Origin: an uncultured Candidatus Saccharibacteria bacterium
GTDB taxonomy: Bacteria; Patescibacteriota; Minisyncoccia; 2-02-FULL-40-12; IGHO2-01-FULL-4-A
DNA length: 50,312 nucleotides
NCBI GenBank assembly: GCA_964367475.1
Contig: CAYIXQ010000001.1
Location: forward strand, 1 to 50,312
Direction of reading: 5' to 3'
Shown here: positions 8,909 to 19,252 of the stretch, one piece after another
Layout: the number at the start of each line of letters is the position of its first letter
Numbering within the stretch: the first letter of the stretch is position 1
Made by a program: the position numbers and the translations under genes
Notes under the pieces: model-generated
Told to the model about the DNA's origin: nothing
Databases searched by the model: none
What the model saw: the letters and a program-made list of their open reading frames with translations, nothing else

Positions 8909-10064
8909 CTTACTTATTGCTACTGGAATTTTTGCTCCCGAAATCGGTGGCCCAGCCTCTTATATTAATACGCTCGCTGCTGGCATCGGTGCTGAATTCT
9001 CGATAAGGATCATTACCTATTCCCCCGTTTTAACTTATGCCGGGGATAAAAATTATCCCTTTCCGGTGACTCGAATATGGAAGGGCTTTCCCAAGGGACT
9101 CCGCCACTTAATCTATTTTATCAGGCTATTGGTACTGGTGAGAGGGTGCGATGCCGTGCTTTCCCTTAACAATATAAGCGCTGGCTATTTGACATTTTTA
9201 GCCGCCCGTTTATTTGGAAAAAAGTTTATCTTGAAAGTGCCGGGTGATTCTGCCTGGGAAAGAGCGGCGCTGACTAGAAAAACAGGCCTGCTCCTAGACG
9301 ATTTTCAAAAATCCGAAAAGACCGGCTATATTAAATACCTATACCAGGTTCAAGCTAAGACAGCTAAAAAAGCGGATGCCATCATCGTACCTTCGGAATA
9401 TTTGGCTAAAATTGTCAGGGGCTGGGGAGCTGATCCAACTAAAGTCCATGTCATTTACAACAGTATCGATATTAATATGCCAGCAAACTCAAAGGAGGAG
9501 GCCAGGAAAAAGATTGGCGTGGCTGGCAATGTAATCTTAGCCTATGGTCGCTTGGTGCCATGGAAAGGTTATACCATGTTGATCAAGCTTATGCCCGAAC
9601 TGTTAAAGTTAAACCAGTTTTTTAGGCTGGTAATTGTAGGCGATGGGCCGGAAATGCCTAAGCTTCGTCTCGCCGTTAAAAACTTAAGTTTAGTCAATAA
9701 AGTATATCTAGCTGGCAGTAAATCTAAGAACGAATTGTTAAACTATTTGGCCGCCGCGGATATTTTTATTCAAAATACGGGCTATGAAGGTTTTTCTCAT
9801 CAAATCGTCGAGGCCTTGGCGGCTGGTATTCCGGTGATTACCACTAACGTGGGTGGCAATCGGGAAATCATTCATCAGGGCGAAAATGGTTTTATGGTCA
9901 AATATAATGATGAATTTAACCTAATCGAAGCCATCAAGACGATCTGGCAAACCCCCGAACTAAGAGACCGATTTATTGAAAACGGAAAAAAAACAGCCGA
10001 ATACTTCAATTCGGGAAAAATGATCAGTGAAACCAGAAAATTATTATTAAGTTTGAGAAATTAA
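8886..10064 (+). CDS. Glycosyltransferase, GT-B fold (GT4-like)
   Basis: [30 protein letters not shown] (E-x7-E) and an N-terminal [18 protein letters not shown]. Confidence 0.85.
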   Translation: MNDNLKPSLLIATGIFAPEIGGPASYINTLAAGIGAEFSIRIITYSPVLTYAGDKNYPFPVTRIWKGFPKGLRHLIYFIRLLVLVRGCDAVLSLNNISAGYLTFLAARLFGKKFILKVPGDSAWERAALTRKTGLLLDDFQKSEKTGYIKYLYQVQAKTAKKADAIIVPSEYLAKIVRGWGADPTKVHVIYNSIDINMPANSKEEARKKIGVAGNVILAYGRLVPWKGYTMLIKLMPELLKLNQFFRLVIVGDGPEMPKLRLAVKNLSLVNKVYLAGSKSKNELLNYLAAADIFIQNTGYEGFSHQIVEALAAGIPVITTNVGGNREIIHQGENGFMVKYNDEFNLIEAIKTIWQTPELRDRFIENGKKTAEYFNSGKMISETRKLLLSLRN

Positions 10065-10069
10065 TTTTT

Positions 10070-11194
10070 ATGAAACTCCTTATGATTTCGGGCGATCGAG
10101 CTCTGGCTGAAGGCAAACGTGGCGCTTTTTATAATACTCTGGAAGAGTTTCACAAACATTGGGACCGGATTGACATTATCTGTCCATTCGCGTCCAGTTC
10201 CAGCCCGGTCTTTAACCCGTTTGATAATATTTTTATTCATCCTTCCCCCTGGCCGCTATTATTACAGCCGCTTTGGATCATTAAAAAAGGCAAAGCCCTT
10301 TACCGCGAAATTGGTTATGATTTAATAACGGTTCATGAATTTCCGCCGTTTTATAATGGCCTGGGCGCCACCTGGCTTTGGGAAAAAATTGGCGTGCCGT
10401 ACCTCCTGGAAATCCACCACGTGCCGGGTTATCCTCGCGCGGCCGGATTGAAGGAATGGATCTATGAAAAACTTTTCCGGCTGGGTATTAGATTTGATGT
10501 CGCCCGGGCTAAAGCCGTCCGAGTGGTAAATAATTATCAGATACCCGATTATTTAATCTCGGCTGGTGTACCAAAAGAAAAAATATTTTTGATCCCGTCA
10601 TTCTATATTGACCTCGAAACCTTTAAACCCTTAAACCTTAGAACTTTTGAACTTTTAAACTTCTCAAAGCGGTACGATTTAATTTTTGTCGGACGTTTAG
10701 TAAAAAATAAAGGGATTGAACTTTTCCTTAAAACTGTGGCCGAATTGGCTGGAAAAGCCCTGATTGTTGGCGATGGTCCTTTACGGGAGAGTTTAAAGTT
10801 AAAAGTTAAAAATTTGGGGCTGGAAGATAAAGTCACTTTTCATGGTTGGGCCAAGGATGCGTCAGAAATTGCGACCCTAATTAATCAAGCCAAGTTACTA
10901 GTGGTTACCTCATATAACGAAGGTGGCCCGAGAGTTTTACTTGAAGCCCTGGCCTGTGGGGTGCCGGTAGTGACAACTGATGTTGGGATCGCCCGGGACT
11001 TACAAGCGGCGGGAGTAATTGATGAACCATGCCAATGGGATGCCCATGATATTGCCGCTACTTCTCGGCAGTTGCTGGAGGATGCCCAAAAATACGAAAA
11101 GTTATCCAACCTCGGGCTGGAATACGTCAAGCAGTTTGAATACAAAGCGGCAATCAAGCAATATGCTGATAAGTTAAAATCTCTTCATGGTTAA
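10070..11194 (+). CDS. Glycosyltransferase, GT-B fold (GT4-like)
   Basis: NEGGPRVLLEALACGVPVVTTDVGIARDL (E-x7-E). Confidence 0.85.
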   Translation: MKLLMISGDRALAEGKRGAFYNTLEEFHKHWDRIDIICPFASSSSPVFNPFDNIFIHPSPWPLLLQPLWIIKKGKALYREIGYDLITVHEFPPFYNGLGATWLWEKIGVPYLLEIHHVPGYPRAAGLKEWIYEKLFRLGIRFDVARAKAVRVVNNYQIPDYLISAGVPKEKIFLIPSFYIDLETFKPLNLRTFELLNFSKRYDLIFVGRLVKNKGIELFLKTVAELAGKALIVGDGPLRESLKLKVKNLGLEDKVTFHGWAKDASEIATLINQAKLLVVTSYNEGGPRVLLEALACGVPVVTTDVGIARDLQAAGVIDEPCQWDAHDIAATSRQLLEDAQKYEKLSNLGLEYVKQFEYKAAIKQYADKLKSLHG

Positions 11195-12938
11195 AAAATT
11201 TAATAATCTATTTATACTTTTTATTTTAGTGGGACTAAGTTTTGTCGTTTTTGGCAATGGCCTAAATGGGGCCTTTGTCTACGACGACCAGCTTGTTCTC
11301 GCGCATTCGTTTTTTTCAGAACCGGTTAATTTTCTAAAATTTTTTGGCCAACCCTATTTTGAGACTTACCCCCAAGCGGGCCTTTACCGGCCTATGACCA
11401 TGATCAGCTATGCTTTTAATTTTATGATCGGGGGAACACCCACCGGTTTTCATGTGGTTAATATTATACTGCACGGTCTCAATTCATTTTTGGTTTATTG
11501 GTTAATTTTTACTTTTAGTCGTTCCGGAAGAATCGCGCTCTTGACCGCTCTGCTATTTTTGGTTTTGCCTATCCATGTGGAAGCCATTACTTCAATTATT
11601 GGTCGGGCGGAGCTGTTAATGTTTCTGTTCTCAATTCTTTCCCTTATCCTTTGGTATAAGCAGAAATATCTTTTCTCCGCGGTCTTTTTTGCCGCTGCTA
11701 TGTTTAGCAAAGAAACAACCCTTTTTCTACCCATTCTTTTGGCAATTTTGGCATTTTTTTATGGTCGTGATTTCAAATGGCTATGGCATTTGGGCGTATC
11801 TGGCGCTGTTTATTTAATTGCCCGTTATGCTGTTTTAAAGGAATATTTCCTTGATCCAAGTGTCGAATTTGTTTTTAATCCCTTAATATCTGCCAGTTTC
11901 GTTACCAGAGTTGCCACAACTTTCAAATTAATTTTTCTATACATCGAAAAGATTTTAGTACCTACCACTTTGACGGCTGATTATTCTTTTGATCAGATTC
12001 CTTTATTCAGTAATTTATTTAGCTCACCGGAAGCTATCGTGGGATTGATCAGTACAGTTGGGCTTTTATATCTAACCTATATTGGCTGGAAGAAAAAATC
12101 ATACTTAGTTTTAGGGACACTGCTTTTTCTACTTCCTTACTTAATAGTTTCGAATCTTTTGATTCAGACCGGCACGATCTTTGCCGAGAGATTAATGTAC
12201 CTGCCCTCCGTGGGTATAGTCCTATTGGTCGCCGCGGTCATTGACCAAGTAATAAATAAAAGTTATTTCCGCTGGGTGATTTATGCCATCTTTAGCCTAC
12301 TACTTTTTTCATATTCCTTTGTCACATACCTCCAAAATCGGGTCTGGGCAAGTGAATTTTCTCTATTTGAAAATATGTTTAAAAAATCGCCCCACAGTTT
12401 GGTGGCAAAAAACAATTGGGCGAAAATCCACTTTGACGGTGGCCGCCAAGACTTCGCGGCCCAACTTAGTCAGGAGGTTTATGACTCTTTTCATGATTTC
12501 ATTCCAAATCTGAATTTGCTGGCCAGAGTCAAATTTAAGGAATCAAAGTTATCCGAAGCCCAGGCCTTGCTTGAGCGGGCACGCGAATTACGCCCGCTCC
12601 ATCAAGAAACACTCGTCAATCTTAGCCGTGTATATTTCGCGCGAAATAACTATGAGAAAGCGGCCGAGACCGCGCAAGTTTTAGCTGATACCTATGATGG
12701 CAGAGGAAATGTATTGCTCCTGGCCGTGGCAAAAATTAATACTGGCAAATACCAGGAGGCGATTGATGTTATTATTAAATACATCGGAACGGAGAATACA
12801 GATGAGGCGGCCAAAGTGGTGCTGGCCTATTCATATTTAAAAATGGGAAATATTGAAATGATGAATAAATATCATCAGAATCAAGCGCAACTGTTACAGC
12901 AATTTAACGTGCTCAATGATATATTTAAAACCATTTAA
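11187..12938 (+). CDS. TMTC-like GT-C membrane glycosyltransferase with C-terminal TPR repeats
   Basis: An N-terminal FVYDDQLVL (the DD motif of PMT/TMTC-type GT-C enzymes) is followed by about 10 hydrophobic helices. A ~170-aa C-terminal region then has TPR-like repeats (LLARVKFKESKLSEAQALLERARELRPLHQETLVNLSRVYFARNNYEKAAE). Confidence 0.7.
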   Translation: MVKKFNNLFILFILVGLSFVVFGNGLNGAFVYDDQLVLAHSFFSEPVNFLKFFGQPYFETYPQAGLYRPMTMISYAFNFMIGGTPTGFHVVNIILHGLNSFLVYWLIFTFSRSGRIALLTALLFLVLPIHVEAITSIIGRAELLMFLFSILSLILWYKQKYLFSAVFFAAAMFSKETTLFLPILLAILAFFYGRDFKWLWHLGVSGAVYLIARYAVLKEYFLDPSVEFVFNPLISASFVTRVATTFKLIFLYIEKILVPTTLTADYSFDQIPLFSNLFSSPEAIVGLISTVGLLYLTYIGWKKKSYLVLGTLLFLLPYLIVSNLLIQTGTIFAERLMYLPSVGIVLLVAAVIDQVINKSYFRWVIYAIFSLLLFSYSFVTYLQNRVWASEFSLFENMFKKSPHSLVAKNNWAKIHFDGGRQDFAAQLSQEVYDSFHDFIPNLNLLARVKFKESKLSEAQALLERARELRPLHQETLVNLSRVYFARNNYEKAAETAQVLADTYDGRGNVLLLAVAKINTGKYQEAIDVIIKYIGTENTDEAAKVVLAYSYLKMGNIEMMNKYHQNQAQLLQQFNVLNDIFKTI

Positions 12939-12940
12939 CT

Positions 12941-14017
12941 ATGGCTAACCTCCTAATCATTACCCAGAAAGTCGATGAGAATGACGATTTACTTGGCTCA
13001 TTTATCTGCTGGATTGATGAGTTGGCGAAATATTTTAACCGGGTCCATGTGATCGCTCTGGCTAAAGGCGCTCATCACCTGCCCAAAAATGTTTTCGTTC
13101 ACTCGCTGGGAAAAGAATATAGCCGGTCGAAATTATTGCAGTTTTTTAAGCTTTATTATCTCCTGCTTCGTTTTGTGCCAAGTTCGGTAGGCGTTTTCGC
13201 CCATATGTCGCCAATTTTCGCTATTGCGGCCGCACCGATCACCAAACTTGCCGGTAAGAAACTGATCCTCTGGTATCTGCACCGCAGTCTGACGACTAAA
13301 CTCAAGCTGGCCAATTTCCTCTCTGATTATGTGGTCACGGCGGCCAAAGAAAGTTTAAATCTTAAAAGTGGCAAAATTATCGAGCTTGGACATGGAATAG
13401 ATCTTAATTTTTTCAAAGCGGAAAGAAATTGGGCCGTAAGCCCGAACGGAAAATTGAAGTTTTTAAGCGTCGGCCGGATTAGCCCAATTAAAAACTATGA
13501 GACTTTGCTAGCCGCGGCAAAAATATTAAAGGACCGGGAAATAGATTTTGAAATAAAAATCGTTGGTCGGCCGATAATGAAATATGACTTCCCTTATTTT
13601 GAATCCCTGCGGAGTTTGATTCAGAAATATGATCTGCGCAATTATATTCAGTTTCTCGGGATGGTGCCTTATAAAAAAATCCCGCCACTTTATCAGGGAA
13701 CTGATTTAATGATTAACCTAGCGCCCAAAGGCGGGCTAGATCGTACGGTTCTGGAGGCCATGGCCACAAGAATGCTTATTCTCACCTCCAATATGGCGTT
13801 TAAGCAGTCCCTTGGCCAATATGCTGACAATTTAATCTTTAAATATGGTGACAGTTCGAATCTAGCCGATAAGATTTTAAAACTGATGAATTTACCACCG
13901 GCTGAAAAGCAAAAACGGTCTGAATTTCTCTTCCATTCAGTTTCAGAAAATCATAATTTGGAGAAACTGATTGAACGGATTGTAGGTCTATATAAAATAA
14001 ATAAAAAACGACCTTGA
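12941..14017 (+). CDS. Glycosyltransferase, GT-B fold (GT1/GT4-like)
   Basis: GGLDRTVLEAMATRMLILTS in the C-terminal Rossmann half, and an N-terminal LLIITQKVDENDDLLGSF typical of this class. Confidence 0.75.
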   Translation: MANLLIITQKVDENDDLLGSFICWIDELAKYFNRVHVIALAKGAHHLPKNVFVHSLGKEYSRSKLLQFFKLYYLLLRFVPSSVGVFAHMSPIFAIAAAPITKLAGKKLILWYLHRSLTTKLKLANFLSDYVVTAAKESLNLKSGKIIELGHGIDLNFFKAERNWAVSPNGKLKFLSVGRISPIKNYETLLAAAKILKDREIDFEIKIVGRPIMKYDFPYFESLRSLIQKYDLRNYIQFLGMVPYKKIPPLYQGTDLMINLAPKGGLDRTVLEAMATRMLILTSNMAFKQSLGQYADNLIFKYGDSSNLADKILKLMNLPPAEKQKRSEFLFHSVSENHNLEKLIERIVGLYKINKKRP

Positions 14018-14095
14018 CACTTCTAAGTACATAATTTATTATGTTTGTATCAGGTCTTTTAGTTTTTACCTTTAACTGTGGAAATGAAATATGAC

Positions 14096-14122
14096 GCCGA
14101 TCCTGCAAAAGTCGGCTTTTTT
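14096..14122 (+). terminator. Intrinsic terminator
   Basis: gccgat (14096..14101) pairs with gtcggc (14111..14116) across a 9-nt loop, followed by T6 (14117..14122). Confidence 0.55.
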
Positions 14123-14123
14123 A

Positions 14124-14152
14124 TTGATATTTTAACAGTTTTTCGATATATT
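14124..14152 (+). promoter_or_regulatory. Sigma70-like promoter for the 14179.. operon
   Basis: TTGATA (14124..14129), a 17-nt spacer, then TATATT (14147..14152). Confidence 0.5.
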
Positions 14153-14167
14153 TAGGACTTAGTCCTA
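14153..14167. promoter_or_regulatory. Perfect 15-nt palindrome at the predicted transcription start (operator-like or 5' hairpin)
   Basis: taggact-t-agtccta lies immediately downstream of the -10 hexamer. The heptamer taggact/agtccta is also the terminal inverted repeat of the long element at 46266/46559. Confidence 0.35.
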
Positions 14168-14178
14168 TTATTGATTCA

Positions 14179-15423
14179 GTGTTAAATCTCATAAAACGAA
14201 ACAAAACCTGCCGGGTTTGCCATGGGAAAAACATGACCAAAGTTTTTTCCTTTGGGCCGACGCCTCTGGCCAATGCCTTTTTGAAGCCAGAACAAATTTA
14301 TCAGCCGGAATATCTTTTTCCTTTGGATGTGCATTTTTGTCACGACTGCACTATGCTCCAATTACGCGATATTATCTCGCCCGAATATATGTTTAAGGAC
14401 TATGTTTATGTTTCCTCAACCTCGCCCGTTTTTATAAAACACTTTGAAGACCTCGCCCTTGGCGTCTATCGCCGGTTTGGTTTAGATAAAAAATCAGTGG
14501 TGGTGGATATTGGCAGTAATGATGGTATACTTTTAAAACCTTTAAAAAAGCTTGGCGTGAAAGTCTTAGGTATTGATCCAGCCATTCCCGTGGCCAAAAT
14601 TGCCCGCCAAAACGGGGTCGCTACCCTGACTAGTTTTTTTAATCGTAACGTGGCCAAAGCAGTATTAAGTAAATATGGTCCAGTGGATATAGTTACCGGT
14701 ACCAATGTTTTTGCCCACGTCAATGATCTAGATGAACTAATTTCTGGGGTAAGGGAGATGACCAAATCAGACGGCGTGTTCATTATCGAGGTGCCTTATC
14801 TGGTTGATTTTATTGAGAAAAATCTTTTCGATACCGTGTATCATGAACATTTATCATATTTCGCGGTCAAACCCATGCGGGAGCTGTTTGATCGTCTGGG
14901 CATGGAGATCTTTGATGTGATTAAAGTGTCAACCCATGGCGGATCAATTAGAGTTTTTGCCCAGAAAAAAAAGGCCCACCACGAGGTAACGCCAGCGGTT
15001 AAGAAATTTTTGGTTATGGAAACTAGGGCCAAGCTGCACGATATTGCTACCTATAAAAATTACGCCACCCGTATCCAAACGAACAAAGCTAAATTAATTA
15101 GCCTGCTGACAAAGCTAAAAACGCAAGGTAAAAAAATCGCTGGCTACGGAGCGCCCGGAAAAGGCAATACGTTGCTTAATTTCTTCTCCATTGGCACCGA
15201 AGTGCTTGATTTTATTGCTGATGACAGCCCACAAAAACAAGGTTTGTTCACACCGGGTAAACATATTCCGGTCGTTCACCCGCAAGAAATTTATAAGCAA
15301 AAACCAGATTACCTCTTTATCATTGCCTGGAATTTTGCCGAACCCATTATGAAGAATCATGCCCGTTTCCGGGACATTGGCGGAAAATTTATCGTGCCGG
15401 TGCCCAAACCAATGATTGTTTAG
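14179..15423 (+). CDS. NDP-hexose C-methyltransferase-like SAM-dependent methyltransferase (TylCIII/Methyltransf_13-14 type)
   Basis: It has an N-terminal zinc ribbon (CRVCHGKNMTKVFSFGPTPLANAF), SAM motif I (VVDIGSNDG) and a C-terminal C-methyltransferase domain (GYGAPGKGNTLLNF...IPVVHP). The start is GTG. Confidence 0.75.
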   Translation: MLNLIKRNKTCRVCHGKNMTKVFSFGPTPLANAFLKPEQIYQPEYLFPLDVHFCHDCTMLQLRDIISPEYMFKDYVYVSSTSPVFIKHFEDLALGVYRRFGLDKKSVVVDIGSNDGILLKPLKKLGVKVLGIDPAIPVAKIARQNGVATLTSFFNRNVAKAVLSKYGPVDIVTGTNVFAHVNDLDELISGVREMTKSDGVFIIEVPYLVDFIEKNLFDTVYHEHLSYFAVKPMRELFDRLGMEIFDVIKVSTHGGSIRVFAQKKKAHHEVTPAVKKFLVMETRAKLHDIATYKNYATRIQTNKAKLISLLTKLKTQGKKIAGYGAPGKGNTLLNFFSIGTEVLDFIADDSPQKQGLFTPGKHIPVVHPQEIYKQKPDYLFIIAWNFAEPIMKNHARFRDIGGKFIVPVPKPMIV

Positions 15424-15436
15424 AAAATAGAAACTC

Positions 15437-16498
15437 GTGCGTCATCCACTAGTTCAACAAGACATTAATATTATCGTTGTTGCTTTGAAAAAAGAAGCTG
15501 CGGTATTTGAAGGCAAAACGATACTCATAACCGGGGGCTCCGGTTTTTTAGGCAGCTATTTTTTGGGAGTGTTTGAAAGATTGAATGAGCAGTCATTGAA
15601 AAAACCTTGTCGGGTTATTTCCATTGATAATCACATTACCAGTAGTGAGAATAATATTTTGGGCCAGTACAATGGTAAGTACTTTACTTTCAAAAAACAC
15701 AATATCTGCCAACCCATTAATATTCCGCAAAAGATCGACTACATTATCCATGCCGCTGGCATTGCTTCACCTTTTTACTACATGAAATACCCGCTGGAGA
15801 CGATCGAGGTGGCTACCACCGGCACGAAGCACCTACTGGAATTAGCCAATAAAAAAAAGGTAAAAAGCATGGTTTTTTTTAGTTCCAGCGAGATCTATGG
15901 TGATCCTGACCCAAAGTTTATTCCCACGCCAGAGACTTATCGGGGCAATGTTTCCTCGGTTGGCCCCCGCGCTTGTTATGATGAATCAAAAAGATTAGGC
16001 GAAACTTTATGCATGGTCTATCATCGGCTGTACAAAACACCAGTCAGAATTATCCGGCCGTTCAATGTCTTCGGGCCGGGCATGAAGCCAGATGATTATC
16101 GGGTAATGCCACGTTTCTTATCCAGTGCTTTAAAAGGCGAATCACTGCCGGTACATGGCACTGGTCGGCAGACCAGAACCTACTGCTATATCAGTGACGC
16201 CATTATCGGATTTTTAAAAGTACTAATCTCCAAAAATAACGGCGAAATTTACAACATCGGCAATGATAACAACGAGATCAATCTGTTGCAGTTAGCCAAT
16301 TTAGTGGAGGAACTTTTTCATCATAAGGTCAAAGTAAAAAAAATTCCCTACCCGCCCACTTACCCGGGGGATGAGCCGAATCGCCGTTGTCCGGATATCA
16401 GCAAAGCCAAGCGAAAACTTAAATACAGGCCGACGGTTGATGTCAAAACCGGTCTAACCAGATTATTGATTTGGTTTAGAGATACCTATACTTTTTAA
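15437..16498 (+). CDS. Extended SDR, UDP-glucuronate decarboxylase (UXS)-like
   Basis: ILITGGSGFLGSY, SSSEIYGDP, GPRACYDESKR (Y-x3-K), RPFNVFGP and GTGRQTRTYCYISD follow the UXS/ArnA-decarboxylase pattern. The start is GTG. Confidence 0.75.
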   Translation: MRHPLVQQDINIIVVALKKEAAVFEGKTILITGGSGFLGSYFLGVFERLNEQSLKKPCRVISIDNHITSSENNILGQYNGKYFTFKKHNICQPINIPQKIDYIIHAAGIASPFYYMKYPLETIEVATTGTKHLLELANKKKVKSMVFFSSSEIYGDPDPKFIPTPETYRGNVSSVGPRACYDESKRLGETLCMVYHRLYKTPVRIIRPFNVFGPGMKPDDYRVMPRFLSSALKGESLPVHGTGRQTRTYCYISDAIIGFLKVLISKNNGEIYNIGNDNNEINLLQLANLVEELFHHKVKVKKIPYPPTYPGDEPNRRCPDISKAKRKLKYRPTVDVKTGLTRLLIWFRDTYTF

Positions 16499-17508
16499 CT
16501 TGGCAAAATCTTATTCGCCGTATCGATGATGGTTTTAATTCTTTCTTTAAACGAATGTTTGGTGGCAAGCGAGTTATAACCGGCCCGGGCGATGGCGGCT
16601 TGATCGTTTTCATTGGCCAGATAATGTTTCACTTTTGCCATCAGTTCCGCGTCAGTCCGGAAAGGCACGTACTCCTTGTCCGGCACAAACGTCCGCGCCA
16701 TATCTTGGCGGACATCATAGACAAACAGACAGGCGCCACAGGACATCACTTCAAACGGTCTCATACCAATACCTTGTGAGCGACTGTCATTATAGGGGAT
16801 ATCAAAAGCAATTTTTGACTGACGGTAGATTTCCAGCATGGGCTCACCCCGGGCGGGACCGCGGTAAGACTCCTTCAAGCTGCTTTTTTTCCACGCCTCC
16901 GGTCCCCAGATGTTCAGACCATATTCTTTTACCGTGCTTAAAAATTTCTCGCGGTGTTTCCACATCTCCGGGTTATAGCTGCCAATAAAGGTTAAATCAT
17001 AAATATTTTTTCTATTTTCCAAGAACAATTGCGCGGGCAGCTCGCCGGCGGCTTCGGGCAAATAAAAACAATTATTAAATTTTAACTCGCGCAGTTTTTC
17101 GAGGATACCGCTATCGGACGAGAAAAAAAGAGTATAAGCCGGAGCAATAGCTTCGATGATATGCCAGTGGGTAAAAAGATCCGTGAACCAATTGGCCGTG
17201 ACCACCCCCCGGCTTCTGATTTTGAGAATTGTTTCCGGATAGATATTTTCGGCCACCGTGGCGATCAAATAATTCGGTTTGTATTTTTCCACAGTCTCAA
17301 TCAACTGTTTATTGATATTGGCTACGGTATTTCGCTTGATAAACTTAAGGCTGGGCATGGCCCGAATCAAACGCCTGATAAACTGACTCTTGTAAGCCAG
17401 GCCAGTACGGAATTCAAAAAAAAGAGCCTCAAAACCGAGGGCATCTAATGCTCGGAGGCAAGCCGGGGCTCTTTCAATGGTGGCTACCAGGATTACTTTT
17501 GGACGCAT
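16495..17508 (-). CDS. CgeB-family / Glyco_trans_1_2-like glycosyltransferase
   Basis: The C-terminal half (GIGMRPFEVMSCGACLFVYD...EYVPFRTDAELMAKVKHYLAN) resembles the CgeB/DUF3880 family. Its stop overlaps the convergent stop in TTAA at 16495..16498. Confidence 0.6.
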   Translation of the reverse strand: MRPKVILVATIERAPACLRALDALGFEALFFEFRTGLAYKSQFIRRLIRAMPSLKFIKRNTVANINKQLIETVEKYKPNYLIATVAENIYPETILKIRSRGVVTANWFTDLFTHWHIIEAIAPAYTLFFSSDSGILEKLRELKFNNCFYLPEAAGELPAQLFLENRKNIYDLTFIGSYNPEMWKHREKFLSTVKEYGLNIWGPEAWKKSSLKESYRGPARGEPMLEIYRQSKIAFDIPYNDSRSQGIGMRPFEVMSCGACLFVYDVRQDMARTFVPDKEYVPFRTDAELMAKVKHYLANENDQAAIARAGYNSLATKHSFKERIKTIIDTANKILPS

Positions 17509-17553
17509 GATTTTTCTTGTAGTATGTCATAAATATGTGCTACTGTAAAATCT

Positions 17554-18603
17554 ATGCGCGTAGTCTATTTTGGCTCTTACGACCCCGATTATTCACGTAA
17601 TCGGGTGCTTATAAAGGGTCTAAAGGAAAACGGGGTAGAGGTAACAGAATGTCAAGATAGCTCACCGGGCCTAAGAAAATATGTTAGGCTTTTTTTAAAA
17701 TTCAGAAAAATTAATGACGATTATGACATTATGCTAGTGGGATTTTTAGGTCATGCCGTTATGCCTTTGGCCCGCCTGCTTACCCGTAAGCCGATTGTAT
17801 TTGACGCCTTCATTTCCTTATATGATTCGAATGTTAATGATCGGCAAACAGTCGGTCAGCATCATCCACGCGCTTATTTCTATCGTTTTTTAGACTGGTT
17901 AGCGATGAAGTTAGCAGACGTGGTGTTATTCGATACCGACCAGCATATCCGTTATATTACCGGTTTTTACTCCCTGCCAACCGCCAAATTCAGGCGAGTT
18001 TGGGTGGGCACGGATGACCGAATTTTTTATCCGCGGTCAGCGCGGGCAAATGAAAAAATACAAGTTTTTTTTCACGGTTCGTTTATACCACTGCAAGGCG
18101 TGGAGGTAATCATCCGGGCGGCAAAGTTACTGGAAAAGGAAAACGTTGAATTTCAAATCTTGGGGCGGGGCCAGACCTTTGCCATGGTGATGAAACTAGC
18201 GCGCGAGCTGTCGCCCACAAACATCCAATTTATTGACCGGGTGGCCTATGAGGATTTGCCGGGTTATATCGCGGCTGCTGATATATGTCTTGGTATTTTT
18301 GGAAAAACGGACAAAACCAGTCGGGTCATTCCTAATAAAGTGTATGAATATGCCGCCTGCAGAAAACCGATTATCTCGGTCGATACCCCAGCGCTGCGCG
18401 AATTATTTGATGAAGCTGATATAAAAATGATTAAGCCTGACAAGGTTGAGCTAGCGGCGGCCATAATGGAACTTAAAAATAGTGAAACGCTGCGCGACCG
18501 TCTGGCGGAAAATGCTTATGATAAATTTATAAATAATGCCCGACCTTTATTAATTGGACGTGGCTTGATTAATATTTTTGAGAAAGAACTTAACCATGAG
18601 TGA
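17554..18603 (+). CDS. Glycosyltransferase, GT-B fold (GT1/GT4-like)
   Basis: The C-terminal Rossmann half carries VFFHGSFIPLQGVEVII, ICLGIFG and IPNKVYEYAACRKPIIS. Confidence 0.7.
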   Translation: MRVVYFGSYDPDYSRNRVLIKGLKENGVEVTECQDSSPGLRKYVRLFLKFRKINDDYDIMLVGFLGHAVMPLARLLTRKPIVFDAFISLYDSNVNDRQTVGQHHPRAYFYRFLDWLAMKLADVVLFDTDQHIRYITGFYSLPTAKFRRVWVGTDDRIFYPRSARANEKIQVFFHGSFIPLQGVEVIIRAAKLLEKENVEFQILGRGQTFAMVMKLARELSPTNIQFIDRVAYEDLPGYIAAADICLGIFGKTDKTSRVIPNKVYEYAACRKPIISVDTPALRELFDEADIKMIKPDKVELAAAIMELKNSETLRDRLAENAYDKFINNARPLLIGRGLINIFEKELNHE

Positions 18604-19213
18604 TTTTTATGAAAAATACTGGCAGGAGCGCCGTAAATCTGGGTCACGGCCGCGTTATCGGATTTTTTTCGGCTGGATTGTGCCGGAAACCAGTGTTTTG
18701 GATATTGGCTGTGGCGATGGCTACTTTGGCGAGATGCTAGTGCGGGACAAAAGAGTTAAATATCAAGGAGGCGATATTTCCGAAGAGGGTCTAAAAATCG
18801 CCCGCGCCCGCGGACTGAATGTAATAAAACTAAACGCCGAAATTGATTTGCCGAAATTCGAGAGCGGAAGTTTTGACTACGTCATCATGTCCGAATTCAT
18901 TGAACATGTGGTTAATTCGGAACAAATAATTTTAGAGGCCTTACGCATTGCCCGCCGAGGCGTGTTGCTATCCATCCCGAATGTGGCTTATTGGAAATAC
19001 CGATTACAGCTGCTGGGCGGACGTTTTCCAAAACAGTGGGAATTCGCCCCCCATGAACATTTACGGTTTTGGTCGATCAAAGATTTTCAGTATATGGCCG
19101 AAGCTTTGGGGGTTAACATAAAAGGTTTTAAAGCATCGAATGGTAAACCAATTTTGCGGGATATCTGGCCGAATTTGTTTGGCTTTCAAATATGTTTTTT
19201 TCTGCAAAAATAG
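18596..19213 (+). CDS. Class I SAM-dependent methyltransferase (MetW-like)
   Basis: VLDIGCGDGYFG (motif I), FDYVIMSEFIEHV and GVLLSIPN. The ATG at 18596 overlaps the upstream stop. Confidence 0.75.
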   Translation: MSDFYEKYWQERRKSGSRPRYRIFFGWIVPETSVLDIGCGDGYFGEMLVRDKRVKYQGGDISEEGLKIARARGLNVIKLNAEIDLPKFESGSFDYVIMSEFIEHVVNSEQIILEALRIARRGVLLSIPNVAYWKYRLQLLGGRFPKQWEFAPHEHLRFWSIKDFQYMAEALGVNIKGFKASNGKPILRDIWPNLFGFQICFFLQK

Positions 19214-19252
19214 GCAACCAGCTTGGGTTATCCACGCGGGACGCTTGATATT

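Noticed and set aside
16495-16498. Convergent genes whose stop codons overlap in the palindrome TTAA, with no terminator between them.
   Set aside because: The observation is real but is a trivial consequence of tight packing. It gives no evidence of a regulatory role.
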